64,000 nucleotides of DNA. Origin: Felis catus. Its lineage: Eukaryota. Shown here piece after piece: positions 52,761 through 64,000 of this stretch; position 1 is the stretch's first letter, and each line of letters starts with the position of its first letter. The translations under genes and the position numbers were made by a program. The stretch spans positions 202,618,001 through 202,682,000 of the forward strand of contig NC_058368.1 of NCBI RefSeq assembly GCF_018350175.1. The letters run 5' to 3'. The notes under the pieces are model-generated. The model saw nothing but the letters and a program-made list of their open reading frames with translations. It was not told where the DNA came from and searched no databases.

Positions 52761-53438
52761 CTAGATCTGTGAAAATTGCTGTTGGTGTTTTGACAGGGAT
52801 TGCATTAAATCTGTAGATAGCCTTGGGTAATATGGACATTTTAACAATATTCATTCTCCCAATCCATGAGCATGGAATATCCTTCTATTTGTTTGTATCA
52901 TATTCAATTTCTTTCATCAATGTTTTATAGTTTTCAGAGTACAGGTGTTTTACCTCTTTCATTAAGTTTATTCCTTCTTTGTATAATTATAAATGGGATT
53001 GTTTTCTTCATTTCTCTTTCTGCTACTTCATTATTAGTGTATAGAAAAACAACAGATTTCTGTATACTAATTTTGTACTCTGTGACTTTACTGAATTAAT
53101 TTATCAATTCTAGTAGTTTTTTGGTAGAATTTTTAGGGTTTTCTATATATAGTATCATGTCATCTGCAAATAGTGAAAATTTTATTTCTTCCTTACCAAT
53201 ATGGATACCTTTTATTTCTTTTTCTTCTCTAATTGCTGTGGCTAGGACTTCCAGTACTGTTTTGAATAACAATGGTGAGTGTCTTGTTCCAGATCTTAAG
53301 AGGGAAAGCTTTCAGTTTTTCACCATGGAGTATGTTCACTGGAAGTGTTTCATATATAGCCCTTATTATGTTGAGATATGTTCCCAATAAACCTACTTTG
53401 TTGAGAGGTATTTTTTTTAATTTTTTTAATGGTTTATT

Positions 53439-53481
<43 letters not shown>

Positions 53482-53993
53482 AAACCGGGAAGGGGCAAAG
53501 AGAGAGAGGGAGACAGAATCTGAAGCAGGCTCCAGGCTCCGAGCTGTCAGCACAGAGCCCAACGGTAGGCTTAAACCCACAAACTACAGGATCATGACCT
53601 GAGCCAAAGTCAGATGCTTAACCCACTGATCCACCCAGGAGCCCCTGTTGAGGGTTTTTATCACAAATGGATGTGGTACTTTGTCAAATGCTTTTTCTAC
53701 ATCTATTGAAATGATTGTATGGTTTTTTATCTTTTCTCTTGTTAATGTGATATAACACATCAATTGATTTGCAAATATTGAATCATCTTTGTATCCCTGG
53801 ATACAATCCCTGTTGAGGATCTTGGCATCTATGTTCATCAGAGGTACTGGACTGTAGTTTTCTTTTTTGTAATGTCTTTATCTGCTTTTGGTATCAGAGT
53901 AATACTGGCCTTTTAATCTTTCCTTCCTCTTCTATTTTTTAGAATAGTTTGAGAAGGGTAGGTATTTACTCTTCTTTAAATGTTTAGTAGAAT
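52761..53993 (-). mobile_element. L1 ORF2 (RT region), inverted 5' part of a 5'-inverted L1
   Basis: Minus-strand peptides [50 protein letters not shown]; interrupted by a SINE. Confidence 0.92.
53411..53645 (-). mobile_element. Can-SINE nested in L1
   Basis: Antisense body; flanks tgttgagaggtatt / tgttgagggtttt duplicate the L1 target. Confidence 0.92.
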
Positions 53994-53995
53994 CT

Positions 53996-54615
53996 AAGCT
54001 GGCAGAGCCACTGTGGGAAACAGTACAGAGGTTCCTCAAAAAATTAAAAATAGAATAACCATATGATCCAATAATTCCACTATTGGGTATTTACCCTAAG
54101 AGAATGAAAACAGTACATCAAAATGTTATATGCACCCCTATGTTTATTAAAGGAATATTTGCAATAGCCAATATATGGAAGTCACCCAAATGTTCATCCT
54201 TAGATGAGTGGATAAAAAGATATATAGTGGAATATTATCCAGCCATAAAAACAATGAAATTTTGCCATTTGCCAACAACATGGATTAATCTAGAGGATAT
54301 AATCCTATGTGAAATAACTCAGTCCAAGAAAGACAAATACCATATGATTTCACTCATGCAGATTTTAAGAAACAAAACAAAGGAAAAAATAGACAGAAAA
54401 ACAGACTCTTCAATATAGAGAACAAATTGGTAGTTGCAAGAGGGGAGGTAAATGGAAGATGGGTGAAATAAGTGAAGGGGATTAAGAGTACACTTCTGAT
54501 GAGCACTGAGTAATGTATAGAATTATTGAATCATTATAGTATACACCTGAAACTAATATAATGTTGTATGTTAATCATACTTGGATAAAAAAAAATTAAC
54601 AATTAAAAAAAAATC
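53996..54615 (+). mobile_element. L1 3' end (ORF2 C-terminus, 3' UTR, A tail), older carnivore subfamily
   Basis: Plus-strand peptide GIYPKRMKT...ICTPMF...WKSPKCSSLDEWIK; 3' UTR ...tatacacctgaaactaatataatgttgtatgttaa + A-rich tail. Confidence 0.92.
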
Positions 54616-54630
54616 AAAAGAGGATTATTT

Positions 54631-54990
54631 ACCAGGTTGTGAGTGGGATGTTGCTGACCACAAGGGATAGCAGAGTGCCCAGGGATCATTATCATAGAAC
54701 TGTTACCAACAATGAAAGTCAGAAAAGGGAGTCTTGTAGATGGGGCTGCATTGATAGGAACAGTTACCTTTAACAGAAAACATAGCCAACTCTCTCTCTT
54801 CAAAGTGGAAGCTCAAAATACTGACTACATTCTCCTTCTTCCCTTGGATTATACGTCAGATGATTGAATCCAATTGGAAGCCAGAGGCAAGGGATCCAGA
54901 TAATTGTAATCTGCAGGGGTCAGTTTCCTGAGTAAAGAACAGGGTTAAGAAGGGTGAAGGCCAAACACGGAGGGGAAGATTTCCAGTATG
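54631..54990 (-). mobile_element. ERVL LTR16-like relic (other part at about 52685-52760, split by the L1)
   Basis: ggaagccagaggcaagggatccagat...tctgcaggggtcagtttcc...cagggttaagaagggtg and left part caggaacagatggcattc...aaaaggggactactt resemble LTR16 as I recall it. Confidence 0.5.
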
Positions 54991-57226
54991 ATAGCTTATT
55001 CTGAGGTGTCCAGTAGAACCACTTGCTCACTTACTCAAGTATCTTAGGAGACTTCTGACTCTTGATTGCTCCAACATCCTAGTTACCAGCACTCCTTTGG
55101 GCTCCTGCTTAGTAGGCTGATGTTCGCTTCTTCCTCTTTATTCCCCATGACTTGAAGGTATCAGTCTCTCACATAAGATACTGATTTCTTGCATCCAAAG
55201 TACCTCCCCGGAATTACTTGCAAGTAGTGGATAGACATCCATTTGGTAAACTGTTCCAGTGTTTCCGTGAGCCTCTCCCATCTTAGTACCTATGCCTTCA
55301 TTCTTTCAGGATATGAAATAATAGTTTATAGTCCTTTAACTATTCCTTTGTTCAACAAAGGAAGCTTTTATCGTGTCAGAGTGTGCCACACTATGAGTTC
55401 CCCTCAAAAAGGCAAATAATAGTCAATATATTAAGCGAGCCCAGACTGACACGATATGATGTTCATCCTAAATTCCTTCAAGTGTCCAAGAGGATACCTG
55501 GCATAAACATAAACTCTTCATCATTAATGCTTCCTGATACAAAAGACGTATATGCAAGAGGCACAAGGACACCACTATTTACCTCCTAGTATTCTGTGAT
55601 GAAGATAAGTCATGCCAATGCAAATGTACAGTTTCTGCCTTGGTAATACTCCTGGGTTGGGATAGAAGAATATAGCATATAGCATATAGAATTAGATGTA
55701 AATCTCCAAATTATAATAAAGTACTTTTATAGAAAGGTGTTAGAAATTTCTACAGGCAAACTGCCTTGATTTATAACTCCTGCTCCAAGAAGCAATTCCC
55801 AGATAGTCATTTTCCGTAAGCCGAGTATTTGCTTCCGTTTTCTACAATTGTGTTTGCTTTCTGTTCCCACATCTGTGTTAATAGTAGGACCCAGCTGTTG
55901 ACAGTTAAATTGATTTATCAGCATCAGAGTCTAACTGGAAACTTACTATTATTTTCCTCATGGGCTTACCAGCCTAAATACATGACCTTTTTCCTACTAT
56001 AATGCCATTTAGAAAAGATCAGATTGCTTGGTTTTGAAAGCTGCTTGCAAAACAATATTAAATAGATTAGAAGTCCATTAATGCTATCAGCATTATTTTT
56101 TAGCTCAGACAAGCTCTGTGATAGGTGATTGCCCTCATTTTATATATGCATGTACATTATATAATATAAAGGTCATGATATATTAAAATAAATCGAAACA
56201 TGTATAATAGAGCAAACATGTTTAATCTTTCTATTTGCATATATTGTTGAATAAATATCTCTTAATGGATATGTTTTAGCAGAGTATATTATAATCACTT
56301 TTTCTTCGATAATTCTCAATATGGCAAGGCAGGATTAAAAGACAAACAGAAAAATGCATTTTTATTCTGTCATAAAATCAATTCACAGACCTTTTTTTTC
56401 TAAGATAAAATTCACATGAAACTGCCTCTTTAGAATTTTGAGGTACCTACTTTCCCGTATGTAAACTTGTGTGGTGATAATTCCATATGCCATTCTAATA
56501 AGAGACATCCCATGCCTATCTCCAACCTTGTCAACCTTACTTTGTAAAAATACACCTTAGTATATTTAGAATTTCTACTTTTTTCCTTAGTGTTTGTCCA
56601 GTGGTCTAAATGAGATTTTGAAATCTATGTGACAGTTGTTTTTCCTCTTGCTTTTGGTTTCTTTTCTGGGAGGTGTTTGGAGAATTAAAATTTTCCACCA
56701 TGAAGTCATACACCTTTAGAATGACCTTGATTTTTTTTTTCCCTCTGCACTAATGAGACCCTGGGTAGGTCTTATTTAAAGAAACTGCTTTTGTCTGCTT
56801 GGCCAAATTAAACTGATCATAGCTGACTATGGGTAACCTATTGTTTCATTTATTTACATTTTGAGTACATTCAAAAGGCCTTGAGAAAAATTCTTAGTTT
56901 TGTTTTGAGCGTCATGATTAAGAAGATTACACTGTATTCTTTCCAGTCACCTGCTGGAGGCAATGACCTTGTATTTATTTTAGCAATGAAATTGGATATA
57001 ACACGATCACTTTCTCTGCAATAGCTATGGCACGACCAAACAGCAGCTTAAAGGTCAAATAATTCTGGACCTAGTAAACACAAACTATAGATTCTGCCCT
57101 TAACTCTGACCTTGACCTAACTTAGACCAAATACTGATTTAAAACAATGGCTCCTCTGGTAATTGCTGTGTGATTTTTCTAGATAATGATATATTACAGA
57201 AATGTTACATTAAGAGAGCAGTCAGA

Positions 57227-57378
57227 GGGGTGCCTGGGTGGCTCAGTTAGTTAAGCGTCCGACTTTGGCTCAGGTCATGATCTCGCAACCCTGTGTGGAG
57301 CTCTGTACTAACAGCTCAGAGCCTGGAGCTGCTTCAGGTTCTATGTCTCCCTCTCCCTCTGCCCCTCACCCCCTCATG

Positions 57379-57413
<35 letters not shown>

Positions 57414-57431
57414 AAAAATAAATAATAAAAT
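57227..57431 (+). mobile_element. Can-SINE lacking the B-box segment
   Basis: TSD ATTAAGAGAG(C/T)AGTCAGA at 57209-57226 and 57432-57449; body jumps gatctcgca|accctgtg. Confidence 0.92.
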
Positions 57432-58789
57432 ATTAAGAGAGTAGTCAGAAAAGTTAATTATTAGTGGCAATTTGTTTAACACTAAATTATCAGTAGCCAC
57501 TTAATACCTCAGGCCATCCATCAAAAATAGCCAATTTACTAATATTTAATGGCTACAAACTACGTGGCTGACACTAAGAGAAAACCACATTTGGATGGTC
57601 TCATTGCCTACTACCTATCAACCAGTTCAGGGTTGTTGGCAAAGCACATTCAAACTTCATTAAATGTATTCTCTGTTATTTGGTCCATACATGGGAAATG
57701 ATTCTAGAAAGCACAGGAAATTCTAAATTTAGGCAATGCAGGATTTTGCATCACCATCATCCTTTTTAATGTGTTGGGGGTGGTAAGGAATAGTAAGAAA
57801 AAGGATAACTCAGTGTCCCCTATTTACCAAGGATTTGTGACGTATTCTTATATGGAGAAAACTCTACCACTCTTATTCTCTATCCTAAAAAGAAAATTGG
57901 GACATATTGAGAATAATCTTTTTGGATTATTACGCTTAGGAAAACACAAATACTGTTTTTTGTTGTTTCTATATGCACAAGAATCATCGGAAGCTAAATA
58001 ACAGCACCGTGTAAATAATAGTGCACACTTCTACATGTGCCACACAGGCTCACCTCACAAGACCTCTGGGAACTATTTTCACTAGGCTAGTCACGTTTCC
58101 ACATGTGACTAACAGACTGCATTCGTTACCTCCAATGTCAATGTTAGATTTGTCATCCTCACGTAAGGGAACCAAAGCAACTTGGGTTAGTTTGTTTGGC
58201 AGTTGATGTCCCATCTTTGGTTCCTGAAGACAATATGTAATGATGATATTTGTGTTATTAGAGTGGTGTTTCAAATTTAACACTAAAGCACTCTTAGTCC
58301 AGAAAAGTATAAATATATCATTATGGAAGGATATTTGCCTTCCTCCTGGGAGAAACAATAAGGGAGGAGAGAACTATATGAAAGTATGGCTGAAAATTAG
58401 CCAGGGTTGCTAATCCCCTGGTAAGGTATTCGTGAAGGAAAGAATACCCAATAAATTTGAAATATTGTATATTATTTCAATTTTAATATCCGTATTTAAA
58501 TACATGATGCATCGTTTATGCCATCTGCTATATAGATACCAATGAGAGAATAGTTGATCAAACTGCTGAGGACATCTGTTGGATTAAAATGAAAACTCAT
58601 ATTTCACAGTGGAAATACTCTGAACCTTAATGAGAGATCCTGATTTTCTTTGTGGTTCAGGTGAAGGCACTGGGTTTTCAGCTTCTAACATAATTCAAGG
58701 TAGCTATGGTAACATTATAGAACAGACTAATACTAGAATATTATTATTCTCAATTAAATATTTTTTCCTAGATTCCATTAATATCAAAA

Positions 58790-59360
58790 CCACTGGATGT
58801 CTGTGATACAGAGATGGTTAGGACAGGGTCCCTGCTTTTTGGGAGCTTTGGTTATTCTGTTGGAGGCACACAAATAAACAGATGGTACAATGCAATCACA
58901 TGATAAATAGAAGCATATGTAAGTACTGGGGCTGCATAGATAAGTTGGATCCAGCTGGGAAGGCTGACCTGGAGGGATGAAGGTAGATATTTGAGAATGT
59001 TACAAAATGATCTACATCTTGAAAGACTAGCAGAAGTGGCCAGGCAAAGAGGAAGGAGGTCGGAATTCATACCAAGAGAAAACTACCTATGTAAAGGTGC
59101 CAAGGAGAGTGAATTGTCTTGTTTGGGAAACTGCAAGTATTTCAAGGTGTCCAGGGCAGTCTGTGGTTTTTGTTTTTTTGTGGGTTTTTTTTTTTTTTGG
59201 TTTTGGTTTTGTTTATTTGTTTGTTTTTGTTTGTTTTTAATAGGATTTAGGAAACTTCAGAAGTGTAGCAGAAGGGACAGGAAAAGGCTACATCATGACC
59301 AGCTTGGGATTCCCTTGGTAGGTCTGACTTAGTCTTGAGGCTATGAGGAAACTAAGCATG
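58790..59360 (-). mobile_element. L2 LINE 3' fragment
   Basis: gatacagagatggttaggacagggtccctgctttttgggagctt...catcttgaaagactagcagaagtggccaggcaaaga...tgtaaaggtgccaagg. Confidence 0.72.
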
Positions 59361-59816
59361 AGGGTGGCTAGATTAGACTTGTTGCTGGCTGCACCAAAGA
59401 ACAGACTGGAAAGTAAATTTGAGTGTGTGTGTGTTGGGGGCGGGGGGGGGGGGGGGAGCGGGGGGGCAGGGCGGATTGTTAGCTTGTGTATTGCCCTCAG
59501 CTTGCCTTTGGCTCCCTCATCACAAGAATGGTGAAAGAACAGAGGGGTCAGTTTAATATTAAACACTGCTTATAAGATGATACTATTTTATAGTATGATA
59601 TTATTGAGTTATAACATAGTGCGATCATAGAAGTATAATTTGGTTTTTAAAAAGTTTGGAAAGGAAACAACTGGCCTCAGAGTTATTAAGGGTCACAATC
59701 AAGGAGTAGGTGCACTGAAGATAGGCATGGTTATAATGGATGCCAAGTCATTTTCCATATTATAAATATGTGATAATAGAAGTAACCAAAAGCAGGGCCT
59801 CAAGCCAAGTGACACT

Positions 59817-60239
59817 TGTTTAAAAAATAAAATTCAAATGAGTGAATTTGAAGATCTAACTGGCTTTATCAAATGATTATGAATCAACAGCCTCCCATCT
59901 AGCAAGTAGATGGGAGTACTGAGGAGTTGTACACAATGGAAGATTTTTTACAGGAAGGAGGGTGGGGCAGAAAGTTATTAGCAAAAGAAAAGGATTGTTC
60001 CAGACAAGATTGCTTTCCCTGAGGGGAAGTCAGGGGCTCTTGTCATGCAGATTACCTCATATTCCTTTTCTGTTAGAGCCTGTGGTGTCAGACTCCTTGG
60101 AACCTATCAGAACATTCCTGACTGATTAAGTCGACATTTCTGGTGGAGGTTGAAACTGCAGTTAAACTAGACATTGAGCCCAGATTTGAGAATTTGGCCT
60201 AAGTGACACCATTTTGGGTCTGTGGTTTTCTTTTTAACA
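59817..60239 (-). mobile_element. Solo ERV LTR (probably ERV1 class)
   Basis: 423 bp with TG...CA termini and short terminal inverted repeat (tgtttaaaaa...tttttaaca); 4-bp flanks CACT/CTCT; degenerate TATA and poly(A) signals read on the minus strand. Confidence 0.65.
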
Positions 60240-60667
60240 CTCTGTATTATGTCCTGGAGGGAAGCACTGGGCAGGGAATGAGAGGCTGGATGAAATGAAA
60301 TGAGAGTAAATACAAGGATTCTTTTTAATGGTTGTTATTTGTGTGTATTTAGTTGGTTGTTTTGCGATATGCAGGTACTCTAAAGACTGTTAGCCTGAGA
60401 ACTATTTAGGTAGTAAAATGGAAGCAGATACTGCTTAGATGCTTTTCTGCCTGGATGCTTTGTCTTCCCCCAGTGGAAGAAAGGGAAGTACAACATGGAG
60501 TCAAATAAGTGATACCGAGGTGGGGAGTCTAGAGGCAATAGGGTTCATTGATGGTAAATTCGGGTTAGATGAGTTTAGTTTGGACACATACAATGTGGCA
60601 CATCTGTTTAAAGCCAAGTAGGGGACATCCAGGTAGATAGTTAGGATTAGAGGTCAGGAGAGTAGTC

Positions 60668-60892
60668 TTTTATTTATTTTTTATTATTTTTTTAATATTT
60701 ATTTATTTATTTTGAGAGAGAGGGAGTGAGCGAGCAGGAGAAGTGCAGAGAGAGGGAGAGAGAGCATCCCAAGCATGCTCCGTGCTGTCAGCACAGAGCC
60801 CAGTGCAGGGCTCGAACTCGCAGACTGTGAGATCATGACCTGAGCTGAAACTGGAGTCGGTTGCTTAACTGACTAAGCCACTCAGGCACCCC
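60668..60892 (-). mobile_element. Can-SINE
   Basis: T-rich tail, GA tract, ctgtcagcacagagccc...tgagatcatgacctgagc...caggcacccc. Confidence 0.92.
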
Positions 60893-61065
60893 TGTTTTAT
60901 TTTGATGAATCATATTCAGTTCTGTTCACCTAAGTAATTGAGAGTAAACTAGATTTGTTTGGGGTTTGTCGCTTGTTTTACTTGAAAGAGCAGCACGGAA
61001 GAGGGAGATTAGACTGACAAATAACTACATTCCTGTCATAGTTAAGACAGCACGAGCTCTCACGT

Positions 61066-61251
61066 AGAGAGATCACATAGGGAGCATGTGTGCATGCATG
61101 AGCAGGGGAGGGAGGGAGAGAGAATCCCATGCAGGCTGTGTGCTGTCAGCGAGGAGCCTGACGTGCAGCTCAGTCTCACAAACTGTGAGATCATGACCTG
61201 AGCCAAAATCAAGAGTCAGATGCTTAATCAACTGAGCCACCCAGACACCCC
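61066..61251 (-). mobile_element. Can-SINE missing its tail
   Basis: Antisense body ending ccagacacccc, but no T-rich tail upstream. Confidence 0.85.
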
Positions 61252-63611
61252 TCAAATTTGTCTTTTAAAATGTCTTAGTGTATTCTAAAGTAATTCTTTA
61301 TTCCTAAATGGGTAATACTATGAAGATCACTATTTTAGCCCAATTTTCCTGCCCCTTCTTAATCCTGTGATTATATTACTATTCTAAATACTAAATATTC
61401 TTCTCCTTTTTTTTTCTACCTCTGAAATTTCTCCATCTAAACTTTGTTGAAATAACGACACATTTTACTTACGAAATTTGCTCCTGCACAGTATAGCTTA
61501 CAAACTATGGAGAAAATACATAACATAATCAAATATGAATATCTTCAAATGTCATTGTAATTAGGATCCACAGGCAACCATGCCATTATCAATGTGCAGT
61601 CCTGACTCACAATAATAACAGTGATATTATCATTTATACTTTAATGGCACCTATTGGCTTACAAAGAATGCCAGTACATTTTACCTTTTTGGTAAAGCTG
61701 CCCTATATTTCAACAGTGTTGATTTCGGGTAAATTTATAGAAATACCTGAAATTCAAAAGATTTTAACTTTTCCTTCCTTATTTTTTCTTCCTGACTTAT
61801 TTTAATACTCTCTCTACTCCCTTACCTAGATTCCACTTTCATCATAAATAATCAGTGCTCTAGGATTTGCTCTCTTGTGTGTTACTCATTTTCTGTTCCA
61901 AGTTTCTGTAGTCCTTGCTATTCCTCATATGGAAACGTATATATCTGATTTTTCATCCTTTGCCAACCTTCTAGGGTGACTCCCCACTAACCAAGCATGC
62001 CACCTCACTATAACAGAACAGAGGACAAAAAGAATCTTTGAATGATTCCATTTGAACCACCCAATAGACTTACAGTGATAGTCAGAGGTAAGCCATGGAC
62101 ATATCAAAGCAACAATAAACTGCCTGTACCCCTTCTTATGTATGCCTGATACACATTTACTTCCATCCTATCTCTTTTCACTCGGGACAGCCCCCCCTCT
62201 GATACTTGCTTTTTAACCTTATGGCATTCAAGCTGTGTCCTTCCCTAAAGAATTTGCCCTGGGATGCTCCTGAAACTCTGAAACTGTTCACCCTGTCCTG
62301 GCCTATGCTCATCTAGTTCTAGTGTCATGGGAGTCACTCCTGAAGCCTGTTGGGGCCAGCCCAGGAACCTGTAGGCCATGGCAAGAGGATCTTTGAATAA
62401 TGACTTAGAAGTAATGTACAGACATTTAAATCATAACCTTCCAGAAATTATGACATTTTCTTCCTTACCTAAAACAGAAAGACTCGAGATAATTTCTAGC
62501 CTCTTAGAAGAAGATATGGGAGAGGTTTTCGAATAAGCCTGTGATTTGGTCTTTGTCTTGATTCTGACTGGAAAACTGGGGACTCTTCTCCCAAACCTCA
62601 TCCACAGTGTGATCAAAGTTTTGTCACTGAGGCATACCGCTGCTTTCATCGCCACTGTCTGGAGGACGTGACATCAAAGTGCTATCGGGGAAGCACACAG
62701 GTTGTACAAGAGGGAAGCTACAATGCTACACCTTTTCTAGGCAAGCCCGGGATAGGAATACACATGTACCCTCACCCAAATACAACAGACGATTTTCTCA
62801 ACCTTTGTCACTCGTGCCTGAGGAAACGTGAAGATGAAAAGACTATTGATTCATTGGAGCAGATTAATCAATTTAGAACTAGCTGGGGAAATCTCCCATG
62901 AGTCATGGAAGCGATGCGCAAGAGAAGTCATTAAGCTTTGAATGTTTACCTCTTCTTTGTGAGCGGCTCCTACTGACTGAAAAATGCATGCTGTTAATTT
63001 GTAAGACACTCTCTTGCTTTGACAGTAAGCCACAGTGTTGTTTCCTTCCACGTCAGAAGAAGGAAGACATGTATATGATGTGTCTGGATATGTTCTCTAT
63101 AGTCAGTCTATCAGTAGGTGGAAAATTCGGCATTTTACCTGATTGAGATATTATAGGTCAGTCTTCTATGGGAGTGGTACCAAGCAGTATGTTCCTCTGA
63201 GGAGACGCCAATTATTATGCCTCACAACCAAAGTGGTCAGAACTATGAGAGGTGTTGGCGTTAGGTAATATTATAACTGGAAATAAGAATTCTACCAAAG
63301 TATTTAGGGTCACTCCACTTCTGGGTACATTTTATTATCATGTTTTTTTTTATCATGCTTACATAGACAAAAAACTGCTTTTCTAAAAGTAAACTAACCT
63401 TAGTTTTCCTCTCCATGCCATAAGAAAGTAGCTAGAATATTCTCATTAGCTTGATTTCAAATGGAATCCACTAAAGTTCAAAGGGAACCTGCTTCACATT
63501 AATATCGTCTTTGGATAGTAATGCCATAGTCAAATATGGGACAGTTGTCCATATATTTTTATTCTGATGTTAAAGAATCGAAACAAACTCATCAGAAATG
63601 GGAATTACATC

Positions 63612-63891
63612 TTGACAAGGATGCGGAGAAAGAGGATCTCTTTTGCCCGGCTGGTGGGAATGCAAACCGGTGCAACCACTGTGGAAAACAATATGGAATT
63701 TCCTCAAAAAATTAAAACTAGAACTACCCTACAACCCAGCAATTGCACTACTAGGTATTTTTCCAAGGGATACAGGTATGCTGTTTTGAAGGGGCACATG
63801 CACCCCAATGTTTATAGCAACACTATCAACAACAGCCAAAGTATGAAAAGAGCCCAAATGATGTTCATCAATGGATGAATGGATAAAGAAG

Positions 63892-63937
<46 letters not shown>

Positions 63938-64000
63938 ACACACACACACACACACACACAATGGAGTATTACTCAGCAATCAAACAGAATGAAATCTTGC
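63612..64000 (+). mobile_element. 5'-truncated felid L1 (ORF2 C-terminus), runs off window end
   Basis: aggatgcggagaaagaggatctcttttgc...tgcaccccaatgtttatagca...atggagtattactcagcaatcaa; closely resembles the reverse complement of 20930-21270. Confidence 0.92.
63897..63960. repeat. (TA)n(CA)n microsatellite inside L1
   Basis: TA run then CA run between aagatgtg and atggagtatt. Confidence 0.95.

Overview
Mammalian (felid, judging by carnivore tRNA-derived Can-SINE/SINEC_Fc elements and carnivore-type L1 copies) genomic DNA lying inside the HCN1 gene on the + strand. The only protein-coding feature I can support is one 162-bp phase-0/phase-0 exon (15778-15939) encoding the S4-S5 linker, S5 and the start of the S5-pore loop of the HCN1 pacemaker channel (the equivalent of human exon 3). 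Everything else is AT-rich intron: 26 recognisable Can-SINEs (14 sense, 12 antisense, many with readable target-site duplications), several L1 fragments, old L2/MIR/CR1/MLT1/LTR16-type relics, a solo LTR and microsatellites. Nearly all ORFs in the supplied track are artefacts of these repeats. I found no prokaryote-type system (no CRISPR, operon or rRNA) and cannot claim a new biological system. The most unusual things visible are insertion/repair scars (a double fold-back hairpin at an L1 5' junction, a 28-bp perfect palindrome between 10-bp direct repeats, a 5'-inverted L1 with a large internal gap) and closely spaced inverted SINE pairs, two of which bracket the in-frame HCN1 exon. Repeat family names are from recall of consensus sequences, not from a database search; boundaries of old repeats are approximate.
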